From: an uncultured Candidatus Binatia bacterium
Lineage (GTDB): Bacteria > Desulfobacterota > Binatia > UBA9968 > JAJDTQ01
Reading direction: 5' to 3'
Assembly: GCA_965213675.1 (NCBI GenBank)
Contig: OZ243916.1
Span: 448,001 to 512,000 of the forward strand
DNA: 64,000 nucleotides
The notes beneath the pieces were generated by a model. It made no database searches. It was not told the DNA's origin and saw nothing but the letters and a program-made list of their open reading frames with translations. Made by a program: the position numbers and the translations under genes. The first letter of the stretch is position 1. Each line of letters starts with the position of its first letter. Positions 38,062-46,475 of this stretch are shown in pieces.

Positions 38062-39366
38062 TCATCCGCTGCCCGATCCGGTCAGACGCAATACCATGCC
38101 GGCCATGAGCATGGCGCCGTGGGCCAGCGCGCGCTCGTCCACATCGAAGGTGGCGGTGTGGTGTCCGGTGGGAGCGCCGCCTCCCAGCAGGAAGTAGAGG
38201 GACTTGCCGCCGCGTTCCTGGACCCGGCGCATGAAATACGTGGCGTCCTCGCCGCCGCCCAGGGGACGGGCGTCGTGGACTCGGAAGTCCACGGGTGACG
38301 ACCCGGCCACCCATGCAAGGTGGCGCTTCATGTCCTCGTCCGACTTGGCGCCGATGGTGCGGCCGGTGATGGCGGTTTCGACGTCCACGCCCTGAAGCGT
38401 GGCCGCGCCCGACAGGCAGCGGCGCGCGCCTTCCTCCATGAGCTCGCAGATGTCGTCGGCGCCGCCGCGCACTTCGTATTTCATGAGCGCGTCGGAGGGC
38501 ACCACGTTGGTGCCGGTGCCGGCGTTCAGCACGCCGACGTTCACGAAGGTGGCGCCCTGGCCGTTGCGCGGCAGGGCGTGTAGTGCCAGCGTGGCCTGGC
38601 AGGCGGCCAGCAACGCGTTGCGCCCCCGTTCCGGGGCGCCGCCGGCATGGGCGGCCACGCCGCGGAAGCGCGCCTCCATCTTCACCGACGACAGGAAGTG
38701 CGTGGCCTCCAGGGCCACTTCCCCCAGCGGCAGCGTGGGGCCGCCCATGTGCAGGCAGGCGAAGTAGTCGGCGTCGTCCACCACCCCGGCTTCCACCATG
38801 GGATGGGCGCCGCGACCGCCTTCTTCCGCGGGCTGGAAGAGCAGCTTCACCCGCCCGCGCCAGTCCGGATCCTCGGCCAACAGTTCGGCCGCGCCCAGTC
38901 CGATGGTCACGTGGGCGTCGTGCCCGCAGGCGTGCATGATCGCGGGCCTTGCGGACGCGAACCCCTGAGCCACCGGCGGGTGGACGGGGTCGTCGGACTC
39001 GGACACCTCGGTGGCGTCCATGTCGAAGCGAAGCGCCACCGTGGGGCCGTCGCCGCGCTCGAGAATGCCCACCGCTCCGGGGATTTCGATGTCACGGGCC
39101 ACTTCGCCCGCCTGGGCCCGACTCTCCCGCACCACGGCGTCTTCCGGCCATCCGCGCACCGCGTCCGGATGCACGCAGTCCGATCCCGTCTCCACGCGGT
39201 ACCCCAGCTCGCGCAGCCGCTTCGCCACCATGCCAGTGGTGCGGAACTCGGTCCAGCCGGCCTCCGGATACCGGTGCAGGCCACGCCGGATCCCGGTCAA
39301 GGCGGGGAGTTTGCGTTCCGACTGACGGGCGAGTTCCTTCAGGCGTTCCGTGATGTCTTGTGGCAT
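38062..39366 (-). CDS. M20-family amidohydrolase (AbgA-like)
   Basis: LHRYPEAGWTE, LRFDMDA, MHACGHDAH, FQPAEEG, GGEDA, HH. Confidence 0.9.
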   Translation of the reverse strand: MPQDITERLKELARQSERKLPALTGIRRGLHRYPEAGWTEFRTTGMVAKRLRELGYRVETGSDCVHPDAVRGWPEDAVVRESRAQAGEVARDIEIPGAVGILERGDGPTVALRFDMDATEVSESDDPVHPPVAQGFASARPAIMHACGHDAHVTIGLGAAELLAEDPDWRGRVKLLFQPAEEGGRGAHPMVEAGVVDDADYFACLHMGGPTLPLGEVALEATHFLSSVKMEARFRGVAAHAGGAPERGRNALLAACQATLALHALPRNGQGATFVNVGVLNAGTGTNVVPSDALMKYEVRGGADDICELMEEGARRCLSGAATLQGVDVETAITGRTIGAKSDEDMKRHLAWVAGSSPVDFRVHDARPLGGGEDATYFMRRVQERGGKSLYFLLGGGAPTGHHTATFDVDERALAHGAMLMAGMVLRLTGSGSG

Positions 39367-39444
39367 AACATCCTCGTTTCACTGAGCCATGACTCGGTGA
39401 CTCGGATTGGCTCCCAGGCGCTTGCGCCGCAGGGATTCGCGAAA

Positions 39445-39558
39445 GCGAAAAGTCGGCATCACCGTCCCTTCAGCCGGTGGATTGAGGAGAATATCATGTC
39501 ATATTTGACGAAATCGAGGGGCGGAAGGCAGGGATGAGAGCGAATTTGCAGCCGTGAA
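39445..39558. repeat. imperfect palindromic (MITE/REP-like) element
   Basis: Left arm CATCACCGTCCCTTCAGCCGGTGGAT is complementary to the right arm; central AATAT-n6-ATATT; right half repeated at 1348-1403. Confidence 0.7.
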
Positions 39559-39561
39559 TGC

Positions 39562-40551
39562 CTACGGCGCAAGCGCTTGGCCTTCCCGAACGATCTCCAC
39601 CACGCGCCTGCGCTGTTCCTGGGTGCCCAGGGGCATGAGCAGGGGGAGGTCGAGGCCGCCTTGAATGAACTCGTCCAGGCGCCGCCGGCATTCCGCGGGA
39701 GTGCCGGTGACCGAGTGTGCGTGGACCACTTCGTCGCTGATGAGGCCCTTGGCCTCGTCCCATGCCCGGCGGCCAATGGCGTCGGCGAGCCGGTCCTGGT
39801 CCACCGTGCCGCCGCCGAGGCGCAGGTTTTCGGCGTGGTGCTTGTTGCGGAAAATGTAGGCCAGAAAGGTCTTGGTGGCGTCCATGGCCTCGCGCGGGTC
39901 GTCGGATACCGAAGCGGCGATGAAGCCGGCTACGTCGCCCTTGGCCGACTTTCCGGCCTGGGCCGCCCCCTTCTCCACTTCATCGACGCAGCGCCGAATA
40001 TAGGCGGGCGTGCAGCCCGCGGACAGCAGCACCCCGTCCGCGGTCTCGCCGGCCAGCCGCAGCATCCCGGGCCGAACCGCGGTCATGTAGATGGGTATCC
40101 CGGTTCCAGGCGTGAGTCCCATGCTGGCCCCACGCATGGTGAACACTTCGCCGTCGAACTCAACCGTCTCGCCCGCCAGCAGTCGGCGCAGCAGCGTCAT
40201 GTACTCGCGCATGGTCCTGAGCATCCGGCCGGGCTCGATGCCGATCTCCCGGAGCGCGGTGGGGTTGGCGGTGCCCGCGGTGGCGGCCACCCGTCCGGGG
40301 GCGAACTCCTCCATGGTGGCCAGCGCCATGGCCGTGACCATGGGATGGCGCGAGTAGGGGCTCAGGGGCGCCGGATTGACCTTGATCCGGGGGGTCCTGG
40401 CGAGGAACGCCATGGCCGAGGCAATGGAATCCCGGAAGCAGATGTGGTCGGACATCCAGATGGAGTCCATGCCGATGTCGTCGGCCAGTTGCGCCAACTC
40501 GATCATCTCCTGGATCGAGTAGAAGCCGTCGAAACACAAGCCCGCGTGCAT
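39562..40551 (-). CDS. LLM-class oxidoreductase (Mer-like)
   Basis: GMDSIWMSD, SPYSRHP, APGR, PIYM, AGETADGVLL. Confidence 0.9.
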   Translation of the reverse strand: MHAGLCFDGFYSIQEMIELAQLADDIGMDSIWMSDHICFRDSIASAMAFLARTPRIKVNPAPLSPYSRHPMVTAMALATMEEFAPGRVAATAGTANPTALREIGIEPGRMLRTMREYMTLLRRLLAGETVEFDGEVFTMRGASMGLTPGTGIPIYMTAVRPGMLRLAGETADGVLLSAGCTPAYIRRCVDEVEKGAAQAGKSAKGDVAGFIAASVSDDPREAMDATKTFLAYIFRNKHHAENLRLGGGTVDQDRLADAIGRRAWDEAKGLISDEVVHAHSVTGTPAECRRRLDEFIQGGLDLPLLMPLGTQEQRRRVVEIVREGQALAP

Positions 40552-40893
40552 GGGTCACAGGGTAGAACAAAGGGGAGGGGAAGAAAAGACGAAGTCTTTC
40601 CAAAGACAAACGAGCCTGAAGAATGGGTGAGAAAGGTCGCTGCGCTGTTGCCGGGGAATACCATCGCTGGGTTCATGGGGCCGTCGCCATCGTGCCGGGG
40701 TGGCACGCGGCCGGACGCCCTCCCCGGACATCCGGCCGCGGCCCCGCTCACGGCCCCGCTCACGGCCAACCCGCTCCTCTTGCCGGCGAGAAGCGCGCGG
40801 ATGGAGACGCCGGCATGACGGCTGCGTAGCAGGCAGGGGCGCGGCGCGAGTTGAAACGCCGTACCGGGTATCATAAAAGGACCCGCGAAGGGG

Positions 40894-41295
40894 ATGGGCG
40901 CGAGGGACGGATTGCACGCGTTCAAGACCAAGGCGTTCGCCGGTTTCTCCGACCGCGAGGAGCTGGAGGATGCGGCGTTGTGCGACGCGGTCCGGCGTGC
41001 CGGGGAGGGGCTGATCGACGCCGACCTCGGCGGCGGTGTCATCAAGCAGCGCGTCGCCCGCAAGGGCAGCGGCCGGTCCGGTGGGTTCCGCATTATCGTG
41101 CTGTTCCGCCAGGGCGACCTGGCGTTTTTCGTGCATGGGTTTGCGAAGAGTGACCGGGATAACCTCCGGCGCAAGGAACTCACGGGGCTGCGGTTGCTGG
41201 CAAACGAGTATCTGGGGCTGGACGCGGCGGGTCTTTCGGCCGCGCAGGCGACTGGAGCGATAATCGAGGTGGAATGCGATGACCAAGCAGTATGA
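40894..41295 (+). CDS. type II toxin, RelE/HigB-like
   Basis: FKTKAF, GLIDADLGGGVIKQRVAR.G.GRSGGFR, FFVHGFAKS. Confidence 0.88.
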   Translation: MGARDGLHAFKTKAFAGFSDREELEDAALCDAVRRAGEGLIDADLGGGVIKQRVARKGSGRSGGFRIIVLFRQGDLAFFVHGFAKSDRDNLRRKELTGLRLLANEYLGLDAAGLSAAQATGAIIEVECDDQAV

Positions 41296-41596
41296 GAGCG
41301 AGGTGCTGGCGTCGGTGCACGAAGCCGCGCTAGGTCTGGCGGAGGCTGGCGTGATGCCGAAACGCACGATGCGCAAGTTCGACGAGATGTGCTTGACGCC
41401 GGTCGAAGATATGACGCCCGAGGACATCCGGGCGCTCCGTTTGCGCGAGCATGCGAGCCAAGCGGTGTTCGCGCGCTACCTCAACGTGACGACCGGCCTG
41501 GTGAGTCAGTGGGAGCGCGGCGAGAAGTGCCCGCGCGGCGCCTCGCTCAAGTTGCTGACACTTGTGGCCGAGAGCGGACTCGCGGCGGTCGCGTGA
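41279..41596 (+). CDS. HTH antitoxin (HigA-like, Xre)
   Basis: TMRKFDEMCL, IRALR...SQAVFARYLNV...VSQWERGEK.P.GASLKLL; overlaps the toxin gene. Confidence 0.9.
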   Translation: MTKQYESEVLASVHEAALGLAEAGVMPKRTMRKFDEMCLTPVEDMTPEDIRALRLREHASQAVFARYLNVTTGLVSQWERGEKCPRGASLKLLTLVAESGLAAVA

Positions 41597-41964
41597 CGCC
41601 CTGGCACTACCTCAGTTAACACGACGAGAAAAACACATGCCTATTCGACGACATGGCAACGTCAATTTTGACAAATAGCACAAACTCCGATCCGCATTCG
41701 AAACACTTGTCAATAACGGCGTGTACAAGTCGAGTTCGAGTGGAGCCATCTGATGAACAAGCTGGCCACCCGCGCACCCGAGCGGTATCATGAGTTGCTT
41801 GCGGTGACTCTCCCCTTGTCACATCCATTGTTCCGCGTGGTCCCCGGCGCCGTGGCCCAGTGGGAGAAACCGAAAAGCCTGGTTGGCATCGACAGGGGAC
41901 GAATCGAGATTCTCGACCACATCATCAAGCCGCTGGGTGAGTCGCGGCATTCCGAGGAGGCATA

Positions 41965-42849
41965 ATGGCAAAGACATCCACCGATCTCTTTCGCGTAACC
42001 CTTCTCGGCACCGGCGCGCCGCCGCCGAGGCTCGACCGGTTCGGACCCAGCACCTTGGTGGAGGTGGGCGGTGAGAAGCTGCTATTCGATGCCGGGCGCG
42101 GCGCTTTGCAACGCCTGTTCCAACTCGGGATTCCGTTCGGCGAGATCACCGCCATGTTTCTCACCCATCACCACTCGGACCACGTGGTGGGGTTCACCGA
42201 TCTCTGGCTCACCGGCTGGATCGGCATGCCCTGGGGCAAGCGCAACGTGCCGCTCAAGGTGTGGGGGCCGGAGGGCACGAACCAGATGGCCGAACACCTG
42301 CCGCTCGCCTTCGCCACCGATATCCGCGTCCGCAGCCACAGCTACCCCGCCGAGGGCGTGAAGCTGGAATCCACCGAGATCGAGGAGGGGATGGTCTACG
42401 AGTCCGGCGACATCCGGGTCACCACCTTCAAGGTCGATCACGGCGGCGAGCAGCTCGACGCCTACGGCTACCGCATCGACTTCCAGGGGCGCTCGGCCGT
42501 GCTGTCCGGCGACACCACGTTCAACGAAAACCTCATGGCCCATTCGCAGAATGTCGATCTGCTGGTGCACGAAGTGCAACACGGCATGGGCCAGGGTGTC
42601 CAGCGCGCCAACCTGGAGCGAATCCGCCGCAACCACACCATCCCCCAAGACGCCGGCGTCGTATTCACCCGCACCAAACCCAAGCTCGCCGCCTATACGC
42701 ATCTCCTGCTCTTCGGCGAGGCCACGCCCGCCGACCTGATCCCGGCCACGCGCGGCACCTACGACGGGCCGTTGGTGGTGGGCGAGGACCTGATGCGGTT
42801 CGAGATCGGCGATGAGGTGCGAAGCAGCCGGTTTACGCCGCCGGACTGA
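41965..42849 (+). CDS. MBL-fold metallo-hydrolase (RNase Z/ElaC-like)
   Basis: LLGTG, FDAG, THHHSDH, VDH, SGDT, LVHE, NHT. Confidence 0.9.
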   Translation: MAKTSTDLFRVTLLGTGAPPPRLDRFGPSTLVEVGGEKLLFDAGRGALQRLFQLGIPFGEITAMFLTHHHSDHVVGFTDLWLTGWIGMPWGKRNVPLKVWGPEGTNQMAEHLPLAFATDIRVRSHSYPAEGVKLESTEIEEGMVYESGDIRVTTFKVDHGGEQLDAYGYRIDFQGRSAVLSGDTTFNENLMAHSQNVDLLVHEVQHGMGQGVQRANLERIRRNHTIPQDAGVVFTRTKPKLAAYTHLLLFGEATPADLIPATRGTYDGPLVVGEDLMRFEIGDEVRSSRFTPPD

Positions 42850-42861
42850 ACCTCGTTCAGT

Positions 42862-43080
42862 TTACCGCGAGCGGAACTCCGCAAGGCGCGTGTGCTCCAC
42901 GAGCTGATGCATGTTTTGAAGCGTGAAGACCTTGCCCCGGGTTGAAAGAAGCAGCTTCTTCATGTCCTCGCGTCGGATTCCGAAACCTCGCCCGGCGATG
43001 CAGGCTGCCACTTCGAACCCAGGTTGGCTTGGTGGCTTCCCCTCCCTGCTCAGCTCGCCGAGATGTTGAACCCGTGTCAC
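42862..43080 (-). pseudogene. C-terminal gene remnant, possibly a restriction endonuclease-like protein
   Basis: Protein-like stretch VTRVQHLGELS...FEVAACIAGRGFGIRREDMKKLLLSTRGKVFTL with no credible N-terminus; family recognised from memory only. Confidence 0.35.
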
Positions 43081-43139
43081 CGGGGTCGGCCTTAAGCGCT
43101 TTCTGCCGCTTGGGATACGGACCCTAGTCCAACCTTCCC

Positions 43140-43676
43140 TCACGATCCAGTCAAGGCATCGAGTCTGATTCGACCCGGCCGGGTGAGCCGGCGTTTGTAG
43201 TGGCGCAGCTCCAAGCTGGCGTTGAAGGCCGCGAGAATCTCATCGTCTGCAGTTGCCAATTCCTCGCCAAGGTGCTGCGTGAGCCAGTGCTTCACATCCG
43301 ACCACCGCCATAATCGGTAACGGCTGCGGGGATCCGTGACCGGCGGAGGAAACCCACCTGGACCCCGTGCTCCAGTAATCAGGAGCCGCATCCCTTCCCG
43401 TGTGCGTCCGATACGCGAGGCGATGTCCGCCATGGAGACAAAACCTGCGTTGGCGATCCGCACCACGGCGACGCCATTGATACGTTCCAGGTCGGCCACC
43501 GCCGAGATGATGGCTTGGTCGAGGCCGGCGGCTTCCCGGTCGAAATCGACATACTGGATACCGTCGACCCGGCCGACCGCAGCATCGTCACATCCCGCCT
43601 CGAGAGCCGCGTCTATAAGGGCATCGTCCTGCAAATCGGGACCGTCAACGATCAGAGTGAAATGGTGTATTGGCAT
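43140..43676 (-). CDS. HicB-like N-domain + AlpA-like HTH DNA-binding protein (putative antitoxin)
   Basis: FTLIV...EAGCDDA...FDREA...AIISAVADLE; VSMADIASRIGRTRE...GGFPPP...LWRWSDV. Confidence 0.75.
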   Translation of the reverse strand: MPIHHFTLIVDGPDLQDDALIDAALEAGCDDAAVGRVDGIQYVDFDREAAGLDQAIISAVADLERINGVAVVRIANAGFVSMADIASRIGRTREGMRLLITGARGPGGFPPPVTDPRSRYRLWRWSDVKHWLTQHLGEELATADDEILAAFNASLELRHYKRRLTRPGRIRLDALTGS

Positions 43677-43708
43677 TTCAGGTTTCCCCTGTCGTCCACG
43701 TAGGACTT

Positions 43709-43765
43709 GTGTGGACACCGTCTGATGAAGCGGCGCAGTTGCTCCGCGTGAACTCCGGTGCTGCG
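43709..43765 (-). pseudogene. C-terminal stub of a putative HicA-like partner toxin
   Basis: RSTGVHAEQLRRFIRRCPH just upstream of the antitoxin; in-frame TGA upstream and no start codon. Confidence 0.4.
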
Positions 43766-43810
43766 ATGCGTTGCGCAGGGTCACTGTCGCCGGCCAGAGC
43801 ACGATGACTG

Positions 43811-43835
43811 GCAGGGGCGACCGCGGGTTGCCCCT
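43811..43835. repeat. REP-like hairpin
   Basis: GCAGGGGCGACCGCGGGTTGCCCCT. Confidence 0.4.
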
Positions 43836-43944
43836 GGCAGGACCCGCCACCGGGCGTGTCCGGGAACCGGGTCTTGTCGTCGTCCCCACCGGGAACCGCC
43901 TCCCCGGAAAGAAGGAGGGAGGTGTCCCGCAAGCTCCTCGGGAT

Positions 43945-45054
43945 CTATGGGAAGCCAGTCTCAAGGATGGATTGGAGTTTCGCGGGGTCGGCGCCCCTCA
44001 GGCCCATGCGCTCCAGGGTGAGGCCGGTGCGGCGGTAGTCGGTGCGGTTCATTTCGGACGCCAGGGTGATGAGGGCGTCGATGACCGGCGTGCCGATGCC
44101 CAGCAGGGCGGCCAGTTCGGCCATGGGGACGAGGCCGTGCCCGACGTCTTCGTGGACGTAGCGGTGGTCGTGGGTGGTGGGCGCGACGATGGTCTTGTTG
44201 GGTTCGCTTTCCTGCGTGGCCTGGTAGACGGAGCCGCTGGCGAGGGCCTCGCCGGAGGTGAGCCCCGCGCCATGGAAGATCTCCACGAAGGTGCGGGGCC
44301 GCAGCCCCAGCGCCCGCACGATGGCCAGCCGTTCCCGGTCCACTCCTTCGATGATGCGCGCCACAGCCGGCGAAACGGCCTCGCGGTAGAACAGCAGTTC
44401 GCCGCCGTGCCGCTCGATCCAGCCGGCGTTCCCCACCATGCCCGCGGGGTGCATGATGGCGTTGATGTTGCCGAGTCCGGTGTCCAACACGTTTTCGGCG
44501 GGCACGACGTTGGGGAACACCGCGGCTACGTCCGGCAGGATCTCCGGCGCGCGGCCGGCGGGGAAGGCCGCGCACCCCAGGTTGGCGGTGCGCCGGTAGA
44601 TTGCCACGCGCGCCGGGCTCGCCATGCGGCAGATGCTCGTCAGGGTCACGGTCTCGCAGCAGCGCACGGGCACGCGGCATCCCGCGCGCCGCAGTTCGTG
44701 CACGAAGTGCAGGCTGCCGCCGGTCTGTCCCGGGTTGAGGTGGACGATCTGCGCCTCGGTGAGCAGTGGCGCCAGCGAACGAGCCATGAACGCGTGGGCC
44801 ACGGCCGGAGCGGCGATGACGATGAGGTCCGCGCCGGCGACGGCCTGTTCCAGGCCCGTGGTCATGCGCCGCGGCCGTCCGAAGCGCACTTGGCCGTTCT
44901 CCACCAACTCGATGCCGCCGCGCTCCAACAAGGGCGCCAGCGTCTTCTCCGAACGGGAGTAGAGCCGCGTCTCGAAGTCCCGCAGGGCGAGGTCCGCCGC
45001 GGTGGCGCAGCCGCCGTTGCCCGCCCCCAAAATGGCTATCGTCCGGATGGTCAT
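43945..45054 (-). CDS. NAD/NADP octopine/nopaline (opine) dehydrogenase family
   Basis: AILGAGNGG, LNPGQTGG, NINAIMHP, HRYVHEDVGHGLVP, GLTLERMGL. Confidence 0.9.
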   Translation of the reverse strand: MTIRTIAILGAGNGGCATAADLALRDFETRLYSRSEKTLAPLLERGGIELVENGQVRFGRPRRMTTGLEQAVAGADLIVIAAPAVAHAFMARSLAPLLTEAQIVHLNPGQTGGSLHFVHELRRAGCRVPVRCCETVTLTSICRMASPARVAIYRRTANLGCAAFPAGRAPEILPDVAAVFPNVVPAENVLDTGLGNINAIMHPAGMVGNAGWIERHGGELLFYREAVSPAVARIIEGVDRERLAIVRALGLRPRTFVEIFHGAGLTSGEALASGSVYQATQESEPNKTIVAPTTHDHRYVHEDVGHGLVPMAELAALLGIGTPVIDALITLASEMNRTDYRRTGLTLERMGLRGADPAKLQSILETGFP

Positions 45055-45178
45055 GGTTCCGAAGAGTCGCTCCCGTGCAGGCCCGCGGCTGGATGCTCGC
45101 CGGCTGGCTGTGTCAAGACTCCCAAGCCGACGACGCTGTTTGCGGTCATTCCCGCCGATCCCCGCGGCGAAGATCCCG

Positions 45179-46336
45179 TTATTTGTCCAGCCGGTAGCGC
45201 TCGATCTTTTCTTCGTCCAGCTCGATGCCGAGTCCCGGCCCCTGGGGCGCCTTGACCGCGCCATCGACGAATTCGAAGGGTTCGGTGACGATGTCGTCCT
45301 TGTAGTAGATGCCGGCTATGCGCCCGGTGGCTTCGGCGTCGGGGGTGGTGACGGGGATCACGCACGCGAGGTTCGCGGCGGCGGTGGATGCGGCCAGGTG
45401 GACGTTGGCGGCGTTGCCCACCCCCATTTCCACCGAGCCGTTGACGTTGCACGGGAAGCCTGCGGCCTCGGCGATGGCCGCGACCTTCCTGGCCTTGAGC
45501 AGCCCGCCGGGCTTGGTGGTGTAGATGGAGATGATGTCCGCGGCCTTCTTGTCGATGATCTCCAGGATGTCCCAGGTGGTCCAGGCGCTCTCGTCCGCCA
45601 TGACCGGCGTGTCCACCCGGCGGGTGACTTCGGCCATGGCGTCGAGCCCCTCCACGGGCTGTTCCATGTAGAGGATATTGTACGGTTCCATGGCCTTGGT
45701 GGTCCGTACCGCCTCCTTGGCGGACTTGTAGCCGTTGTTGGCGTCCACCGTGAGGTTCATGTCCGGCCCCAGGGCCTCGCGCACGCGCCGCAGAAGCTCG
45801 ATGTCGCGCCCCGGCTCCACCCCGCCCTTGAGCTTGATGGTCCGGATCCCTTCCTCCTGCACACGCCGCACCTCGGTCACGGCCTCGTCCATGCCCATGA
45901 GGCCGATGCTGTGGGAGATGGGCACCGCTTCCCGGTAGAGCCCGCCCAGGAGCTGGTAAACCGGCACCCCGGCCGCCTTGCCCACCACATCGTGAAGCGC
46001 CATGTCGATGGCGGCCTTGGAATAGGGGTAACCCTTCACCGCCTGGTCCATGAGCGTGTGGATCCATTCGATGCGGCGCGGGTCCTCGCCCGCGAGGGCG
46101 GGTGCGAGGATGTCGTGGATCACGGCCGCCACCGAGATGGGGGTCTCGCCGTAGTAGCGCATGTGATCGCCGCCCCAGTCCTTGAGGGCGGGGGCCTCGC
46201 CCAGGCCGATGACGCCGTCGTCGGTGACAAGCTTCACCAACAGGTAGACGCCGATGGGGGTCTTGAGATTCGCCCACTGGTGCGCCCGCCGCGTGGGCAG
46301 TCTGACCGGAATGGTTTCGATGGACTGAATCTTCAT
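45179..46336 (-). CDS. enolase-superfamily enzyme (muconate cycloisomerase-like)
   Basis: GLGEA, AAIDMALHD, KLK, VDAN, MEQP, ADES, GPGLGIE. Confidence 0.9.
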   Translation of the reverse strand: MKIQSIETIPVRLPTRRAHQWANLKTPIGVYLLVKLVTDDGVIGLGEAPALKDWGGDHMRYYGETPISVAAVIHDILAPALAGEDPRRIEWIHTLMDQAVKGYPYSKAAIDMALHDVVGKAAGVPVYQLLGGLYREAVPISHSIGLMGMDEAVTEVRRVQEEGIRTIKLKGGVEPGRDIELLRRVREALGPDMNLTVDANNGYKSAKEAVRTTKAMEPYNILYMEQPVEGLDAMAEVTRRVDTPVMADESAWTTWDILEIIDKKAADIISIYTTKPGGLLKARKVAAIAEAAGFPCNVNGSVEMGVGNAANVHLAASTAAANLACVIPVTTPDAEATGRIAGIYYKDDIVTEPFEFVDGAVKAPQGPGLGIELDEEKIERYRLDK

Positions 46337-46376
46337 CTTCGCTCCGCGCTTGGTTCCCGCCAAAAACCCGTCGGGA

Positions 46377-46475
46377 TGTCCCGTAAAATCGTTATAGAAA
46401 GCAATTTTATGTGAAAACTGATTCCAATTGGCTGCTGTCGTCGCGATTTGATCACTAAACGAGACACAACACTAG
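46377..46475. mobile_element. degenerate MITE/IS-end remnant ending in CTAG
   Basis: AT-rich stretch bounded by TGTCCCGT and ACGAGACACAACACTAG; its end resembles that of 58871-59029. Confidence 0.35.

Noticed and set aside
39503-39556. Reading the repeat as a cold-shock protein C-terminus (FDEIEGRKAGMRANLQP*)
   Set aside because: No upstream RNP motifs; the palindromic structure explains the sequence better.
40740-40763. 12-nt tandem repeat CGGCCCCGCTCA x2
   Set aside because: Two GC-rich units in an intergenic region with no functional context.
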